In this document: piece by piece, positions 61,641-64,000 of the stretch
How the letters are laid out: each line of letters starts with the position of its first letter
How positions within the stretch are numbered: the stretch's first letter is position 1
Source: Mobula hypostoma
Taxonomy: Eukaryota
Length of the DNA: 64,000 bases
Assembly (NCBI RefSeq): GCF_963921235.1
Contig: NC_086106.1
Location: 34,658,001-34,722,000 of the forward strand
Direction: 5' to 3'
Notes under the pieces: generated by a model
Told to the model about the DNA's origin: nothing
The model's input: only the letters and a program-made list of their open reading frames with translations
Database searches by the model: none
Made by a program: the position numbers and the translations under genes

Positions 61641-61649
61641 ATACCAAAA

Positions 61650-62955
61650 GGACCTAGACACATTGCAACTTGCCTATTGTCACAATAGGTCAATAGCAGA
61701 TGCAATCTCCCTGGCTCTTCACACAGCTTTAGACCACCTAGACAACACAAACCCCTATATCAGGATGCTGTTTATCGACGAGAGCTCAGCATTTAATACC
61801 ATCATTCTCACAATCCTGATTGAGAAGTTGCACAACCTAGGCCTATGTACCTCCCTCTGTCAATGGTTCCTTGACTTCCTAACTAGAAGACAACAATCTG
61901 TATAGATTGATGATAACATATCCTCCTCACTGATGATCAACACTGGCAGGTCTCAGGGGTGTGTGCTTATCCCACTGCTCTACTGTCTCTATACACATGA
62001 TTGTGTGGCTGGGAATAGCTCAAATGCCACCTACAAATTTGCTGACTATATAACCATTGTTGGTAGAATCTCAGGTGGTGACGAGAGGGCATACAGGAGT
62101 GACATATGCCAACTAGTGGAATGGTGCTGCAGGAAAAACCTAGCATTCAACATCAGTAAGACGAAAGAGCCGGTTGTGGACTTCAGGAAGGGTAAGACGA
62201 GGGAACACTTATCAATCCTCATAGAGTGATCAGAAGTAGAGAGAGTGAGCAGCTTCAAGTTCCTGGGTGTCAAGATCTCTGAGGATCTAACCTGGTCCCA
62301 ACACGTTGATGTAGTCATAAAGAAGGTAAGACAGGGGCTATACTTTATTAGGAGTTTGAAGCGATTTGGCATGTCAACAAATACACTCAAAAGCTTCTGT
62401 AGTTGTACCATAGAGAACATTCAGACAGGCTGCATCACTGTCTGGTATGGAGGAGCCACTGCACAGGACCAAAGGAAGCTGCAGAAGGTTGTAAATCTAG
62501 CCAGCTCCATCTTGGGCACCAACTCACAAAGTACCCAAAACGTCTTTAGGGAGTGGTGTCTCAGAAAGGTAGCGTCCATTACGAAAGACCTCCAGCACTC
62601 AGGGCATGCCCTTTTCTCACTATTACCATCAGGTAGGAGATACAGAAGCCTGAAGGCACACACTCAGTGATTCAGGAACAGCTTTGTCCCGCTGCCATCC
62701 GATTCCTAAATGGACTTTGAAGCTTTGGACACTACCTCACTTATTTTAATATGCAGTATTTCTGTTTTTGCACTTCTTTTAGTAATCTATTCAAAATACA
62801 TAATTGATTTACTTGTTTATTTATTATTATGTTTTATTTTATTATTTCTCTCTCTCTCTCTCTCTGCTAGATTATGTACTGCATTGAACTGCTGCTGCTA
62901 AGTTAACAAATTTCAGATCACATGCTGGTGATAATAAACCTGATTCTGATTCTGA
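61650..62955 (+). mobile_element. Rex1/Babar-like LINE, 5'-truncated
   Basis: LQLAY...DAISLALHTALDHL...MLFID.SSAFNTI, QGCVL.PLLY, FADY, FKFLGV.ISEDL.W; AATAAA plus (TGATTC)n tail. Confidence 0.85.
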
Positions 62956-63239
62956 ACACCCACATGATGCCTTTTTAGTGGAGCTCATGGTTGGGCCTAC
63001 TTGGGGAAGTCTGCATTGCCTGTGCTGTGACATTTGCTTACAACTGCAGGATTGACCACCATCTAATCTAATCTGTCATTACAGTCATTCTGGATCCAAG
63101 TCAATTATAACAGCAGAAATGGTGGCGTTAGAAGATCAATGTTGAAGAACTGAATGACCACACAAAGACTGATTTTCTCTCAGTGACAAGGACATGGACA
63201 GTTCACCTCAATGAGGCAGTGCTAGCCATCAATCCCATT

Positions 63240-63490
63240 ATTTCCACACTGCAATCAACTGTCTCGTGTCTCACTTCACTATACACTATGGACCATTTAT
63301 AGTTGTAATTAACCTGACAATCCCCCTATTTCTGGGATGTGGTGGTGAGTGTGGGGAACTGGAACACCTGGAAAAAACCTATGGAATAACATAAATAACA
63401 TCGAAAACTCATACTGACGACATGGGATTGAACCTGTGTTACTGGAGCAGGGAGGCAGCAGCTCTACCAGCTGTATTACTCCACCACGTC
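63240..63490 (-). mobile_element. tRNA-derived SINE (V-SINE/HE1-like)
   Basis: A/B-box-like TGGTAGAGCTGCTGCC...GGTTCAATCC head and TCCAGTTCCCCAC...ACATCCCA core. Confidence 0.5.
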
Positions 63491-63574
63491 TGTCAAGACC
63501 CATCAAAAAAAAAAATGAATTTGTTTTTTTCAAATTACCTAAAATGGCAGTAGTCCATCACAGTTTATGGGAAC

Positions 63575-64000
63575 TGAATAGTAAATTTGCTGATGACAGA
63601 AAATTTGGCAGACTTGTAGATAGTGAAGAAGGTTTTATAATGAGGTACTCAGATCAGCTGGAAAGTGAAGCGGAGCAGTAGCAGATAAAAGTTAATCGAG
63701 AAAATTGTTGAAGAATGCATTTTAGAAGGACAAATGCTGGTAACAAAATACACAGTGAATAATGAACCTTATGAGTCTTGGCATTCTAAGAGACCTAAAG
63801 ATGCAAGTGCATTATTTCCTGAAAACAGTGACACAAGTGAACAGGATACTGAAGAAGACATTTCGCATGTATGTGTTCAAAGGACAAGACATAAGAATCA
63901 GGACATTATGTGCATTATGGTTAGGCTGCACAGAGTATTATGTACAGTTCTGATTGAAACACGGGATGTGGTCGTATTTGAGAGTCTGCAGAGGCGATAC
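63575..64000 (+). mobile_element. Decayed CR1 RT 3' fragment
   Basis: SKFADDRK and LKTVTQVNRILKK motifs. Confidence 0.65.

Overview
Vertebrate genomic DNA, almost certainly from a cartilaginous fish (shark, skate or ray; inferred from the gene type and repeat families). The one host locus I can support is an unrearranged IgNAR (heavy-chain-only antibody) gene cluster on the minus strand at about 1.4-14.9 kb. Its order is octamer/TATA promoter, leader exon, VNAR exon, D, (decayed D?), D, J, C1 exon, C2 exon, with readable RSSs. Leader, V, J splice donor and C1 are intact. C2 carries an in-frame stop, has lost the core Trp and has a GT>AT donor change. No C3 exon is visible before the window edge. 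The rest is mostly transposable elements: CR1 and Rex1/Babar LINEs, an RTE-like LINE, Penelope-like elements carrying minimal hammerhead ribozyme motifs, a young non-autonomous Gmr1-like LTR element with a 915-aa ORF, decayed Gypsy, Tc1 and Chapaev-like elements, and a possible ERV integrase remnant. Family names come from recognising motifs, not from database searches. Boundaries of decayed repeats are approximate.
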